Assembly: GCA_009103225.1 (NCBI GenBank) | Contig: RHPI01001202.1 | Span: forward strand, 443,901 to 507,900 | Reading direction: 5' to 3' | Length of the DNA stretch: 64,000 nucleotides | Source: Chlorokybus atmophyticus | Lineage: Eukaryota; Plantae; Mesostigma and Chlorokybus algae | Shown: piece after piece, positions 22,177-33,228 of the stretch | Layout of the letters: each line of letters opens with the position of its first letter | Position numbering within the stretch: the stretch's first letter is position 1 | Translations under genes and position numbers: made by a program | Notes under the pieces: model-generated | Database searches by the model: none | What the model was told of the DNA's origin: nothing | Seen by the model: only the letters and a program-made list of their open reading frames with translations

Positions 22177-23993
22177 TCATTGTTTCCTGAAGCTTCCCTG
22201 TATGAACACACGCTGCATTTGGGTGCCTTTCCTTCTATTACGCGCATGCACACAGCAGTACTTAAGCTCCAGGCAGTCAAAGCCTACTGAGACAAACATA
22301 TCACGCGCATCGTCCAAAGAGAAAAACCTCGCCAGAGTGCCATCACTGCGCATGTACAAGTTTTCGAACAGCCTTTGCGACCCTTCGAACCGCAACATGG
22401 TCATATCGTATAGCCCTGGCATCAGATGTTTAAAATTCAACAAAACAGATGCAACCTTATAGTGCGCGCAGCACGAAAAAGTGCAGTTCATCTTAGTACG
22501 AGCTTGCAACTTGAAGCTATCACCATGCAATGCATACCGTAGTCACGAAGAAGCACATATCCTCCAGGGCGCAGTAGACCCTTGAGTGCTGTGAGCAACT
22601 GCTTGACCAGCTGAGGCGCCACAGCCGACAGGGTGAACACCTGCGAGATAGAGTGTGGTTGAACATGTGTGGAACTCACTCGCACAAGAGTGCAGCTTGA
22701 GGTCAGAGCAATAAACTCACCAGCAGCACATGTGTCAGGTGGCCCGCGCAATCGGACACATTGACACCAACACCAGCTGCCAAGAACAAACAAAGAAGGA
22801 ATCTAGTGGCTGTCGACCACCACAACCCAACACGAGTTCCCGTCACTCGCATGCAGACAGTGTCCACTCAACAACAAGCACAAACCAGACACAGCACACA
22901 CCGCACTCAACACACGACAATCAAGTCTTTGCACCCGGTCAGCACGTGTTGTCATACCAGCATGTACTGGAAAAGGCTGCGTTGCGGGATCCCACACGAA
23001 GCAAGCGACCCTGCTGGCTGCATCAGCACCGAGCTCCATCACGGCCGCTCGCGTGTGCGTCACTGCAGCTTGGCTCACGTCACACGCGTAAAGCTTTGCT
23101 GTTGGGTTTGACCTAGTGAACGCGGTGCGACATCAGAAAACACTAAGCCACATGGACTGCATGTGAGGAGGTGTTGTACGCTTCGGTGTGACACTACCCT
23201 GCTTGCGGCTCAGCATAATATAAGGTGTCTGCTTGGGCTCGAAGCCTCAGTCAAACTGTGAAAAATAAGCATCACAGCCGCCGGCAATGCAATGCAATAT
23301 AATGCGCAAGCTTGTTATACGCATGCATAAGTGCTGTGCATACGACAGATGCAGATTGAGTGGTGCTTGTGACTGCATGTGATGAAACCTTCACCGAACT
23401 ATAATGAGGCACAGAATTTCAAAACAGCTAGTTGGCTACTTACTTTATTATGGGTAGCAATGTGCAGCCACTGCCGCAGCCAACCTCAAGCACAACCAGC
23501 CCAGGCTCTCTCAACTGGGGGAAGGCGATGAGCATATACCGCCGCTCCTGAAAGACAGCCGTTGCATTGCTGATGAGCACACGCTTACTCAAGAAAAACC
23601 AAGGTTCAATATCCAGAGTCGCAAAGAGCAAAACTCATTTCATACCTCTCAGTCAGCAATGCTGTCTGAAAGAGCAATGACGATTGACAGCAAAAGGACC
23701 TTGAAGAACCTTGCGGAAGTGTGTTTGCAGTGGAATGCTTCCCAGCTCAGAGCGTGATCCGACGTCGCCATTGCTGTCGTCATCGTTGTCGGGCCGGCGT
23801 CGCTGCCGCTAGCCGCCCGCTCCGCCATCTGCCTGGTCACGGCGGCCTCCCCAACCTCCCTCAAACTCTCCCACTCAAAGTCGCAGGAGTAGTACTCGAC
23901 CTCACTCTCTCCACCATCCTCCCTCCCCATCACCGCCGCCTCGCCCTGGTACCCCTCCTCCGCCTCCTCCTCGTCCGCCGCCGCCGCCGCCAT
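22177..23993 (-). CDS. METTL6: METTL2/6/8-family (Trm140-like) SAM-dependent tRNA m3C methyltransferase, spliced
   Basis: Motifs WEAFHCKHTSARFFK|ERRYMLIAFPQL, VLEVGCGSG, LYACDVS, VFTLSAV, LRPGGYVLLRDYG, YDMTMLRF, RSDGTLARFF and QRVFIQGSF. Confidence 0.85.
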
Positions 23994-24033
23994 GCAGCAC
24001 AACCCTAGTGTTTGTAAAGTCTCTGTTTGTGAA

Positions 24034-24071
24034 TCTCAAGGCTTGTGCTGCTAGCCGCACAAGCCTTGAGA
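24034..24071. promoter_or_regulatory. Perfect 15-bp inverted repeat with an 8-nt spacer in a bidirectional promoter
   Basis: TCTCAAGGCTTGTGC-tgctagcc-GCACAAGCCTTGAGA. The function is unknown. Confidence 0.4.
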
Positions 24072-24209
24072 GTGTTCACCGAGCTTCATCACGTGTGCTG
24101 ACTTGTACAGAAGCAAAAGGCTTGCGTGTGTGAGATCAGAAAGCTGAGTACAGCCACGTGGCAGTGAGTCAAGCAGGACGGCGGCGGGGGAGGAGTCGTC
24201 GTTGACAGG

Positions 24210-25897
24210 ATGGAGGTCGCCCTTGCGCATGCTGGTGCGGCCGGCCTGGCCGGCTCTAGCTTGACGCTGCTGCGCAGCACCCGGCGGCGCCCCAGCAGGC
24301 GTCTCACGGGTAAGCCATGCATGCGGATGTTGTACACCCCTCTCTGGGCCTGGTAGTGAGACCCTAGCTCACAGCCTGGCCTGGTGGCGTGATTGCATGC
24401 AGGTGTGGTGGCGGCGCTGCAGCAGCAGAAGCCCAAGGAGGGCCAGGAGCTGGAGCTGGCTTATGGCGGCAAGGGTATACTCACAGGAAGCCGCGTGCCA
24501 GCGCAGTACTTTGTCGCAAAGGTGTGTCTGAGAGATGGTTGTTCAAGATATCGTTGTCTGATTGAGCCGTCTGAGATTGCGTTTGCAATCAATCAATATC
24601 AACCCCTGTCATGTACAGGCATGCATGCTTGCCTTCAGTGCATGCTCAGCACAAACTGTTTGTCAGATTGTTGCGTTGGCTTCATGTAATATGCCTGCAT
24701 GCAATCAGTCAGTACTTCACTCGTCTTGGATGAAAGTTGACATTGTAATCAATCACTGTTCACTGTCAATCGACAGGGTTTTGGCGAGACCGACGAAGGC
24801 GGCGGTATCGACCCCTGGGAGACTGGTTCCTACGACATCGCTCTTGAGGACGCACGCATACACGACTTCAACATCATGGAGTACACCTCAGTCCTGCCCC
24901 CAGAGTCACGCGAGGTAGGTCAACAATGCACTCTTGTTACTTACTACTCATGGTGTGTGGAGGGTGAACACATGTTGTTGGTAGGTGAGTTATGAGGAGG
25001 GGAAGCCCTACTTTCGGCACGGCGGGGTGCTTGAGGCTATCATGGCGAAGATGCACGGCAATTTTGGGGAGCGTATATCCGCGGGCGTGGGCCGGATGCA
25101 TGTGAGTTTCAAACGGAAAAGTGTTGGTTATGCATCTATGGGGTTGTTGCATGCACATGGATACATGCCGCCACCCTTATGCGCGAGTCCGCGCACTCAT
25201 TGGCATGATGAGCACAAACACACATGCACACGTGAGCACTCCTGCATGCGCGCACACACTCTTACCCACACACACACGTGTGGCGTCCGGCGTCCATCCA
25301 GGTGAGGCGTAAGAAGGATGGTTTCCATATCGGCGGTTACGCCGCAGAGTACCGCGGCCACGCTCCCGTGGACAAGGTGAAGGAGGTGCTGCGGGAGGAC
25401 CTGCAGGGCATATTTAGTCGCCGCTTCAATAACGACGACTACGAGATGTTCGACGTCAAACTCGACACCATCGAGGTATTGGTGTGACAATACTCGCATC
25501 ACAGTGTAGCACACTGTCATGTTTGTGCTTTGAATGGCGCAGGTGCTTGTGAATTGCATCAGAGCATGTCACATGCGCCCCATGATACTGTCATGTGACG
25601 AGTATGACGCATCGAACAACTTCTGCATGCTGTGCATGTTGTGTTGAGATACCACTTGCATTGTGTGTTGAGCACCATGATGCGCGCACGGCATTGTGCT
25701 GTGTTGCAACAATATTTTGAGCGTTTGGCACGTGTGGCATGCTGCTGAATGTTGGTTATTTGCCTCTTCATCAGGGTGAGATACAGCAGAACTATGGGAG
25801 CTGCCTGGTGGCCCTTTGTTTCTTCACCTACTTGCTGCCAATACACCCTCCGATGAACAACGACAATGGCAACAACGCCACCCACAACCTTCATTGA
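24210..25897 (+). CDS. pdaD: Pyruvoyl-dependent arginine decarboxylase with a transit-peptide-like N-terminus; exons about 24210-24309, 24403-24521, 24777-24914, 24985-25101, 25302-25475, 25775-25897
   Basis: Motifs RVPAQYFVAKGFGETDEG, DPWETGSYDIAL, FNIMEYTSVLP (Thr-Ser autocleavage motif), GYAAEY and YGSCLVALCF. Five GT-AG introns keep the frame. Confidence 0.85.
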
Positions 25898-26754
25898 AAA
25901 GGCGTGTCTGAGTTTTGTTAAATTGCCTTTTGCGAATCTGGGCTTACAGTTTTGATGGCGGGAAGAATAGGTTGTCTTTTTCGGCACCCGACAGCCTGAC
26001 ATGTGACATGTAGATATGTTAANNNNNNNNNNNNNNNNNNNNNNNNNNNNNNNNNNNNNNNNNNNNNNNNNNNNNNNNNNNNNNNNNNNNNNNNNNNNNN
26101 NNNNNNNNNNNNNNNNNNNNNNNNNNNNNNNNNNNNNNNNNNNNNNNNNNNNNNNNNNNNNNNNNNNNNNNNNNNNNNNNNNNNNNNNNNNNNNNNNNNN
26201 NNNNNNNNNNNNNNNNNNNNNNNNNNNNNNNNNNNNNNNNNNNNNNNNNNNNNNNNNNNNNNNNNNNNNNNNNNNNNNNNNNNNNNNNNNNNNNNNNNNN
26301 NNNNNNNNNNNNNNNNNNNNNNNNNNNNNNNNNNNNNNNNNNNNNNNNNNNNNNNNNNNNNNNNNNNNNNNNGGGGGCTCATCTGGACACATTGTATGTT
26401 GTAGATGTTGAAAACATGGGCGGTGGTGACTGCTTGTGCTGTGTACACATGCCTGATCAAGATTGCGTTGACAATTGTTCATGGCTTAGGCATAGCTTCT
26501 TTCTGTCTCCATACCTTAGCTCAGAGTATATATACACAAACGCGGGTTTGTCTTAGCTCAAAGAACGGGTTTGCTGATGTAAGTGAGCAACACGACATGT
26601 CATATCATGCATTATTCTTGATGACTACTTAACCCACGCGCAGCAGCACAGCAAACAAAGCGCACAGAGAACACCATCACAGTATGGTGGCACTTGTGTT
26701 GTTGCTGTATTGATATTGAAATAATCATGAAATGGCCATGGAAACCTTCCTATG

Positions 26755-29521
26755 TCACCGCTTTGATTTGCCGGCACCACCTCCGAAAGGGAGAGAGCTC
26801 TTGATAGCCTTGGCGGCCTTTGTAAGAGGCGACTCCATGCCTACATAGTTGTAAAACACCTGTCCAACATGACAGTGAGTGCAAGCATGTTTGCGTGTGT
26901 AAAAGCATGCGCGCACTTGTGTCGCACGCCGGCCTTTTAGTTGACTGCACGCCATGTTTCACTGACTGTAGAGGAGCAGTAGAGAAGTCCACATCATACT
27001 CATTAATGCATGATCCACATTCCTGTCAACCTCAGTGTGGTATACCACACTCACCGTCTCTATTTGCCCGGGCTCAGGCCGCTTCGGCAGCTGCGTTATC
27101 ATCTTCATGTCCCCAGCTGGATCCTGCAGCCATAAGCGCACAACATAAGGTCCTAGATGAATTACTGTTGACACTTGTACATGCGCAAGGTGACTGCACT
27201 ATTGTGCCTGCGCGTGTGCCCACACACACCACATGCACACGTGTGCACAGGTTGTTCTGGCTATCGACGCAGCCATGCACACGGAATCATAGCAGAAATG
27301 CACTACACAAGCAAAAACAACGACAACAACAACAACATACCTTCACGTACACCCTCCAGTTTGTCCCCCCCACCGGCCCGCTCCCCCCGTACGCCCTCAC
27401 GACGGCTCCCTCCATCCGGTTGAAGAACCCTTGGATCTGCAGCGGCAGGAAGCAGTACACCGCCTCGAAGCTCGACGCGAGGGATGGGAGGGAGTAGGAG
27501 TCTGGCGGGAACTGCGGGGCGATGGAGATGATGGTTGTGCCGGAAGTGGTTGTGTTCAGGAAGGTGGTGAGGCGGGCCTCCTGCGTGGTATGGTTGCATG
27601 ATGCTGGTTGCTGGCGTAAGTAATTGAGACATGTGTCATGTGCAAGGCGAAAGCGAACACATGGGGACGTGGCGTGTACTACCTTCATAACGCATGCGCA
27701 TGCGCGTACTTGCACACAAGCACATGCACACACGCTGACACGCACGCACAACCACGCAGATGTATGCATACGCACACATGCCAACGCATGCGGCCATGCC
27801 CAGAAACAACATCAGCATGGGTTGCCCATCACAACTACTCCGCACTCACGTGCGTGTTGTCGGGTGCAATGAGAAAGATGATATCGCTCTGCTGGGTGCT
27901 ATCGTTGTCAGCATCGCCATCGAGGAGGACGCCAACGGATTTCGCGCGGATGTTGCTCGCGGCGTTTGACAGCTTTTGCGTGCAGGCGGCGAGCGTGCGG
28001 GAGTCTGTGGAGGCTATGCATAGTGAGGCTGAGGGGTCCTGCATGACATATTGAAAAGGGATCTGTAGGCTGGCGAGAGTGTGACATTGTTGTGTGATCA
28101 CACCAGGACACAGCACGCATTATATGTTTGGATGAGTTGATACACGCAATGACCGACCACACAAGCACATGCACATGGACGCCCATGCATACATGTGACT
28201 TTGATAATACGTATCTACACACATGCATGTACGTGCATGCGTGCGTACACACGTGTGCATGTGTGTGTGAAGCATACACACTTGAGCATGTGTGTGCGTG
28301 TGTTTTGGTGTGTATACATGTACGCACCTACGAATACGCACACATGCAGACACCTACGAATACGCGCATGGGCGGACGCATATGCCGTGTGGCTCACTTG
28401 TGCGAGTGCGAGCGGCCGCACGAGGTCGACCAGCAGTTCGGCGGCTGCTTCCGGCGACACGTCCGCCAGCGGCAGCTCCACGCTCAGACGACGCTGCTGC
28501 TGTTGCGGAGACGACGACTGCTTGCTGAAACCGGAGGCGGCGCCTGTGCCCCGAGACTTGCTGCTACGCTTGGCGCTGCGCCTGTGTGGATGTGAGTGTG
28601 AGCGTCTGTGTGCGCGTGCAATAGCAAGTGTGCCCGCGGGTGCGAGCGTGAGAGAGGAAACTGCGAGCAACTGCGCGACTGCGCGCGTGTGTGTGCATGT
28701 GACAGTGAGTTTGCATGCGACTGCAAGTGGCAAGCATGAGCATGCGAGTGTGCATACCATGCGATATCTGCATGTGAGTATGAGCACGCGGGTGGGTGCA
28801 CGTGCACGCGTGTGAGCGAATGTTGGTGTGTGCATGCATACGGGTGCATGTGTACGTGCATGCACGTATGTGAGACGACTGGTGCTCTTTGGGGACGCAA
28901 GCTGCTTTTGCAACTTGTGATAATGCCCACGCAACTGCTTTCCATTCAACAATGCTTACCACTGTTGCACCAATTGCACATGAACGGTTGAAGTTTATGC
29001 TGGCAGATGCCTGAACATAAACTTTGGCTCAAGTTGTAGAAGCTTGCCAACAATATTGAGTGCAAAGGTGTTGACACATATTGGTGAAAAGAACTTGAAT
29101 CGAAAGACTGTTTGATGCTTTACTTGTTGTCAAGGGCGTTTTTCAGCGCCGCCGCCGCCTGCGCCACCGCCTCCTCCTTGGACTCCGGGACGCCTCCTGT
29201 CGCCGACGCCGACGCCGAGGCGGAGGCGGAGGCGGAGGCGGAGGTGGATGGAGAGGTGGCTGCGGATATCCCCGACCTCGCCGACCTCACCGCCGCCGCC
29301 GCTGCTGGCCTGTCAGCAGCAGGCCAAGTGCGCCAGCATGTCCTGCCTGGGTTGGGCAGCAAATGCGGTCTACTTCTGGTGGTGCTTCTCCTTTCTGTTC
29401 TTGCGGCCGGCCTAGCTGTAGGCAGCGCAACAAGTGCCGCCAGCCGGGAGGACGATGTCGCCGCCATCGCCGCCGCCCCCAGCATGCTGACACGTGATGG
29501 GCACATGTTGGCTGACAACAC
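26755..29521 (-). CDS. DUF1995-family chloroplast protein, spliced
   Basis: Ala/Ser/Arg-rich transit-like N-terminus, then RLSVELPL, QIQGFFNRMEGAVVRAY, WRVY, LPKRPEPGQIET and MESPLTKAAKAIK, resembling plant DUF1995 proteins. The start codon is uncertain. Confidence 0.7.
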
Positions 29522-29581
29522 GGGTTGTGCAAAAGGAAGGAAAGCCCGGTTTTATGAGCGATTTGGGTGCATAAGCAGCTG

Positions 29582-29583
<2 letters not shown>

Positions 29584-29633
<50 letters not shown>
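29584..29633. repeat. (CT)n microsatellite
   Basis: Seen directly. Confidence 0.9.
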
Positions 29634-29638
<5 letters not shown>

Positions 29639-30817
29639 CGTGAGTGGGTGTGAGTGTGTGTGGGTGCGTGCGCGTGTGCGTATGTTCTAGAGTATGCACG
29701 CCAGCACCCATGCACAGCATTCTTCATCCATGCATGCGTGTGTTAGTCCGCTGGTCTGCTGGCCCCAAGCTAGTGGTGCGTGCGTGTGTGGCGCATTGCA
29801 TCTGGCATTTCTTCTGCATCATGCACAGCGAGGCAGCAGGCAGCATCGTATTGAGGATAAGGGGCGGGTGGCGTTCTCACTCATTCACTACTCCGCCTGT
29901 ACTTCCCAACTGTCAGACACTCCAAGCAGCTCTTTGAGATGATCTCGTTCGGGAGTTCTTGTGGATTTGTGTGCACGTGTGTCAAAGAGACCATTCTATA
30001 GCTTATCCCCATGTGTGTGCGTGTACGGGGTGCTCCATCATACATGCTGGCTCAGGCTATGTTGACATGCGCACTCTGTTGCTGCATTGCTTCACATGCA
30101 TGCGCACCATCGTCACGTACACGCACGCCATTCCACATCAACATCTACTACTGTCAGGCTATGTGTCTATGCTCCGTCAGCCAACCTAAACATGCACAAC
30201 CCCCAACAATGAGCATCAGCTGCGAGAGGCTGTGAGGCTCATGCATCTGACATGTGCATGCGACCATCCTATCATACCATCTCTTGTACACATGGGTGTG
30301 ACGCCCAGTATGTAGTCTGGCAAAATTCCCTAGACTAGACTCTGTGCTGCAACCTGCCACCCTAATGGCAGATTGTGTCATCAACACAGCGGGGCTGGAA
30401 AGGTGCTGAGGGAAGCACAGTTTGACTGCAAATCAACAGTGTGACTGCCATTGCACAGCATGCAGCACTAGAAGCAAATGGATGCAACTCAGGTCCGTGC
30501 AGCAAGCAGTGAGGCAGGCAAAACTGGCGCTCGCGTAACTATTCATATTACCCCAGTACACCAGGTGCAACTCAAGCGGGCAAGCTTTGGAAGTGCAGAC
30601 TAGGATAGCCGGCAGCCGGCGGGTCTACAACTCACTTAGATGTCAAGCGCTCCCCTCAGTTGTGGGCAAAGTGCAGGCGACACAACTGGCGAAAAAGCCA
30701 CTGGATCCCCACAATGGGACATGCGTGAAGAGTCTGTCAGCAAACCCAATCTGATGCAAATGGATGTAAAAGCCTGAAGCTGTTTTTATATCCACATGAA
30801 AAGTCCTAACTGCGCAG

Positions 30818-32716
30818 TTACGTGGCTTTGTTCTTGGGTGGCATCCTGAAGCCACCGACCACCTGCAAAGGATCAATCAAGTTTTGTGCCAAACACAACG
30901 AGGATACATTCTTGGAATCTTTACACATGCCTATGACATGACCTGAAAAGAAATATGACACACCACAATAGCTTACCACCGCATGATCTCTCTCATAAGG
31001 CTCCAGTGTCAGCTGCTCGCTGGGCTTGAACTGGGACTCCTGAAGCTTCTTCACCTCCTTGGCAAAGACAGCCTCTGCCGGAACGGTTGAATCAATGCAG
31101 TTTGCCTTGATGGAAATGACAAACTTGCCATTGTTCTTGAGGAAGTATTGGGCATTGAGTGCCACGATACGCGCCTGCAGCATCAAAGCAGAAATGACCA
31201 TGACATCACAACCAAAATCAAGCTCCACGCAACTCTGCTCCTAGCTAACTCAGTCACGTATGGGGATGCGGTGGCCCACAGGCATCAGGACTTAGATACA
31301 TTCTATCATTCATTCTCTGTAGGGGAATCCAAAATTCTCATCATATGCTCCATGGGCCACCTTGATGCTAATATGCAGTGCAAGACACGCTAATCGAACC
31401 ATTCATTAACAGACCACAGCGTCAGCATTGCAGAATTATATTCTATCACAGCTGATCAGCTTATTGCAATTGCTCATCATACGCTGATGTGGTCAGGCAC
31501 ATAACTAGATAGAGTGCTGATGAGGTTCCAGATTTGACCTCCACTTTTGCAAGGACAAAAAAGTACCTGATCGGGCTGTGCGACATCGGCGAAAATGACA
31601 TCAACCATGCCTACAAGCATGCGGTAGCGCTGCGGATGCCTGGCGTCCTCAATAATGGGTATCACATTCGTCCGCTTCTTTGCCATGTTCACCAAATCAC
31701 GGCCACTGCGATGTGAAAACTCCACAGCATAGACGATACCAGTCTGCAGAGAGTAGATTAGCCAGCATGCATTGCAATAGCGGAGTTAAACAAGGCGTGC
31801 CAACATCAACGCTGACAAAATGTTACCGGGCCAACTATGTCTGAAACATGCGACACTGTTGTGCCTGATGCTGCACCGAGGTAGAGCACTTTTGTTCCTG
31901 GAGCCTGGACAGGGAACGAGAAGGTTGGAAACCAACAGAGAGGCTAACACGGGAGCATCAGCAAGCTGTCAATCAAGACTAACTGGTGAAGCTCTTGCGA
32001 CTTACAATGTGAATCTTATCAACACCTCCCAGGATAGAAGCTGCCAGCTTTGACCTGAACGGGTTCCAGACGCGGTACTCAATCTTCTTCTCACCCTCCT
32101 GTTTGCACAATGTGCCAGAAACAAGCTTGCCATCCGCAGAACTGACGTTACACACACAGTAGAACAGCTGACAACATAACAAGAAGAAGCACCTCAACAC
32201 TTATGCGCTTCTCCCCGTACACGCTCTCGCCGGGAACCATGTTGCGCGTGACCAGCGCATCCTCCTTACCACGTGCAATGAAGACGCCCTCGTGTCTGTG
32301 CTTTTCAACAACCACTCTGGCGCCACCCTGCCAGAAGTTGTCGCGTTCATAGACAAACTTACCTTGACACACAGCACAGCATGCAACATCAACTGCATTG
32401 GATGGGTTATGTAGGACCCATAGTTGTTGAGATCTGAAGCAGATTAACCTGACAACCGGCCCAAATGCATGTAAAAAGAGCATTGGAAGCGAATAACGGA
32501 GCAGCAAAGAGTGTTTACCCTCATGCCACCGCGACCGCCTCGGCCGCCGCGGGGGCCACCACGGCCTCCGCCGCGGGGACCACCTCGGCCACCTCCTCCA
32601 AAGCCTCCCCTTCCACCTCCTCTACCTCCAAAGCCTCCCCTTCCGCCCCTGTCGCCCCCAAACCCTCCCCCTCTGCCTCCCCCGCGGCCCCCGCCGCCTC
32701 GCATGGGCGGCCTCAT
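30818..32716 (-). CDS. FBL: Fibrillarin (rRNA 2'-O-methyltransferase), spliced
   Basis: RGG-rich N-terminus, [76 protein letters not shown] and [10 protein letters not shown]. Confidence 0.98.
31282..31348 (-). ncRNA. Intronic box C/D snoRNA 1 in fibrillarin; predicted guide for a conserved LSU rRNA Gm
   Basis: gcat-ATGATGA...CTGA-tgc terminal stem and D' box CAGA. The D' guide TTGGATTCCCCT is antisense to the LSU motif AGGGGAAUCCGA (rRNA sequence recalled, one G-U pair). Confidence 0.8.
31419..31484 (-). ncRNA. Intronic box C/D snoRNA 2 in fibrillarin; predicted guide for 5.8S Gm (human Gm75 equivalent) and possibly an 18S U
   Basis: gcgt-ATGATGA...CTGA-cgc stem, D' CTGA and C' TGTGATA. 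The D guide AATTCTGCAAT is antisense to 5.8S AUUGCAGAAU(U/C), with the +5 rule landing on the G. The D' guide AATTGCAATAA is antisense to green-algal 18S UUAUUGCAAUU (rRNA sequences recalled). Confidence 0.8.
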
Positions 32717-32857
32717 TGTGCCCACCCGCCGCCGCTACCGCCGAAGCTGCCGCCGCACACGAACAAACCCAGCAACCAGCTCCCAAGCTACTTTAACGCG
32801 CTGCTTGTCAACCCACCCCAGCTGCCCACACCAACAACGCCGCCTACCCGCCCAACC

Positions 32858-32888
<31 letters not shown>

Positions 32889-32950
32889 ATAATACACCAA
32901 GACCCGTTTTCTGTGATCAAGGGCACTGAAAAACGGGCCACTGCATACGG

Positions 32951-32960
32951 AAACCCTAAA
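32951..32960 (+). promoter_or_regulatory. Telo-box (AAACCCTAAA) in the fibrillarin/SYF1 divergent promoter
   Basis: Exact motif about 235 bp upstream of the fibrillarin ATG. Telo-boxes are known cis-elements of plant ribosome-biogenesis genes. Confidence 0.45.
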
Positions 32961-33228
32961 GAGCTGCAGCCCTAATGCGTTGCTGGGCGGCAGGGGCGGC
33001 GGCGTTGGTGGCGGCGGCGGCGAAGGCGGAGGCGGAGGCATGGACGGAGAGGTTGCACTTGTACAGCAATAGGTTTACATAATTTTGTGCACCAGGCCAG
33101 CTTGCTCGAGACATTCTGGGCCGCATGTGTATGGTTGCGAATTGGGGTTGAGAGGCGGGATGTGGTGGTTGTTGGTGGGTTAGGGCTATTGAGCTGCAAG
33201 GTTGCCCTCTGCGGCTGCTTTGGGGACA

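Noticed and set aside
27900-28960. Long H/T/C/V/A-rich ORFs on both strands (also at 48.2, 52.7, 53.8 and 56.8 kb)
   Set aside because: They are translations of CA/GT/CACG intron microsatellites, apart from the short true exons already assigned.
32465-32975. Pro-rich 154-aa plus-strand ORFs (extensin-like)
   Set aside because: They are the antisense of the fibrillarin RGG exon plus a (CCG)n tract.
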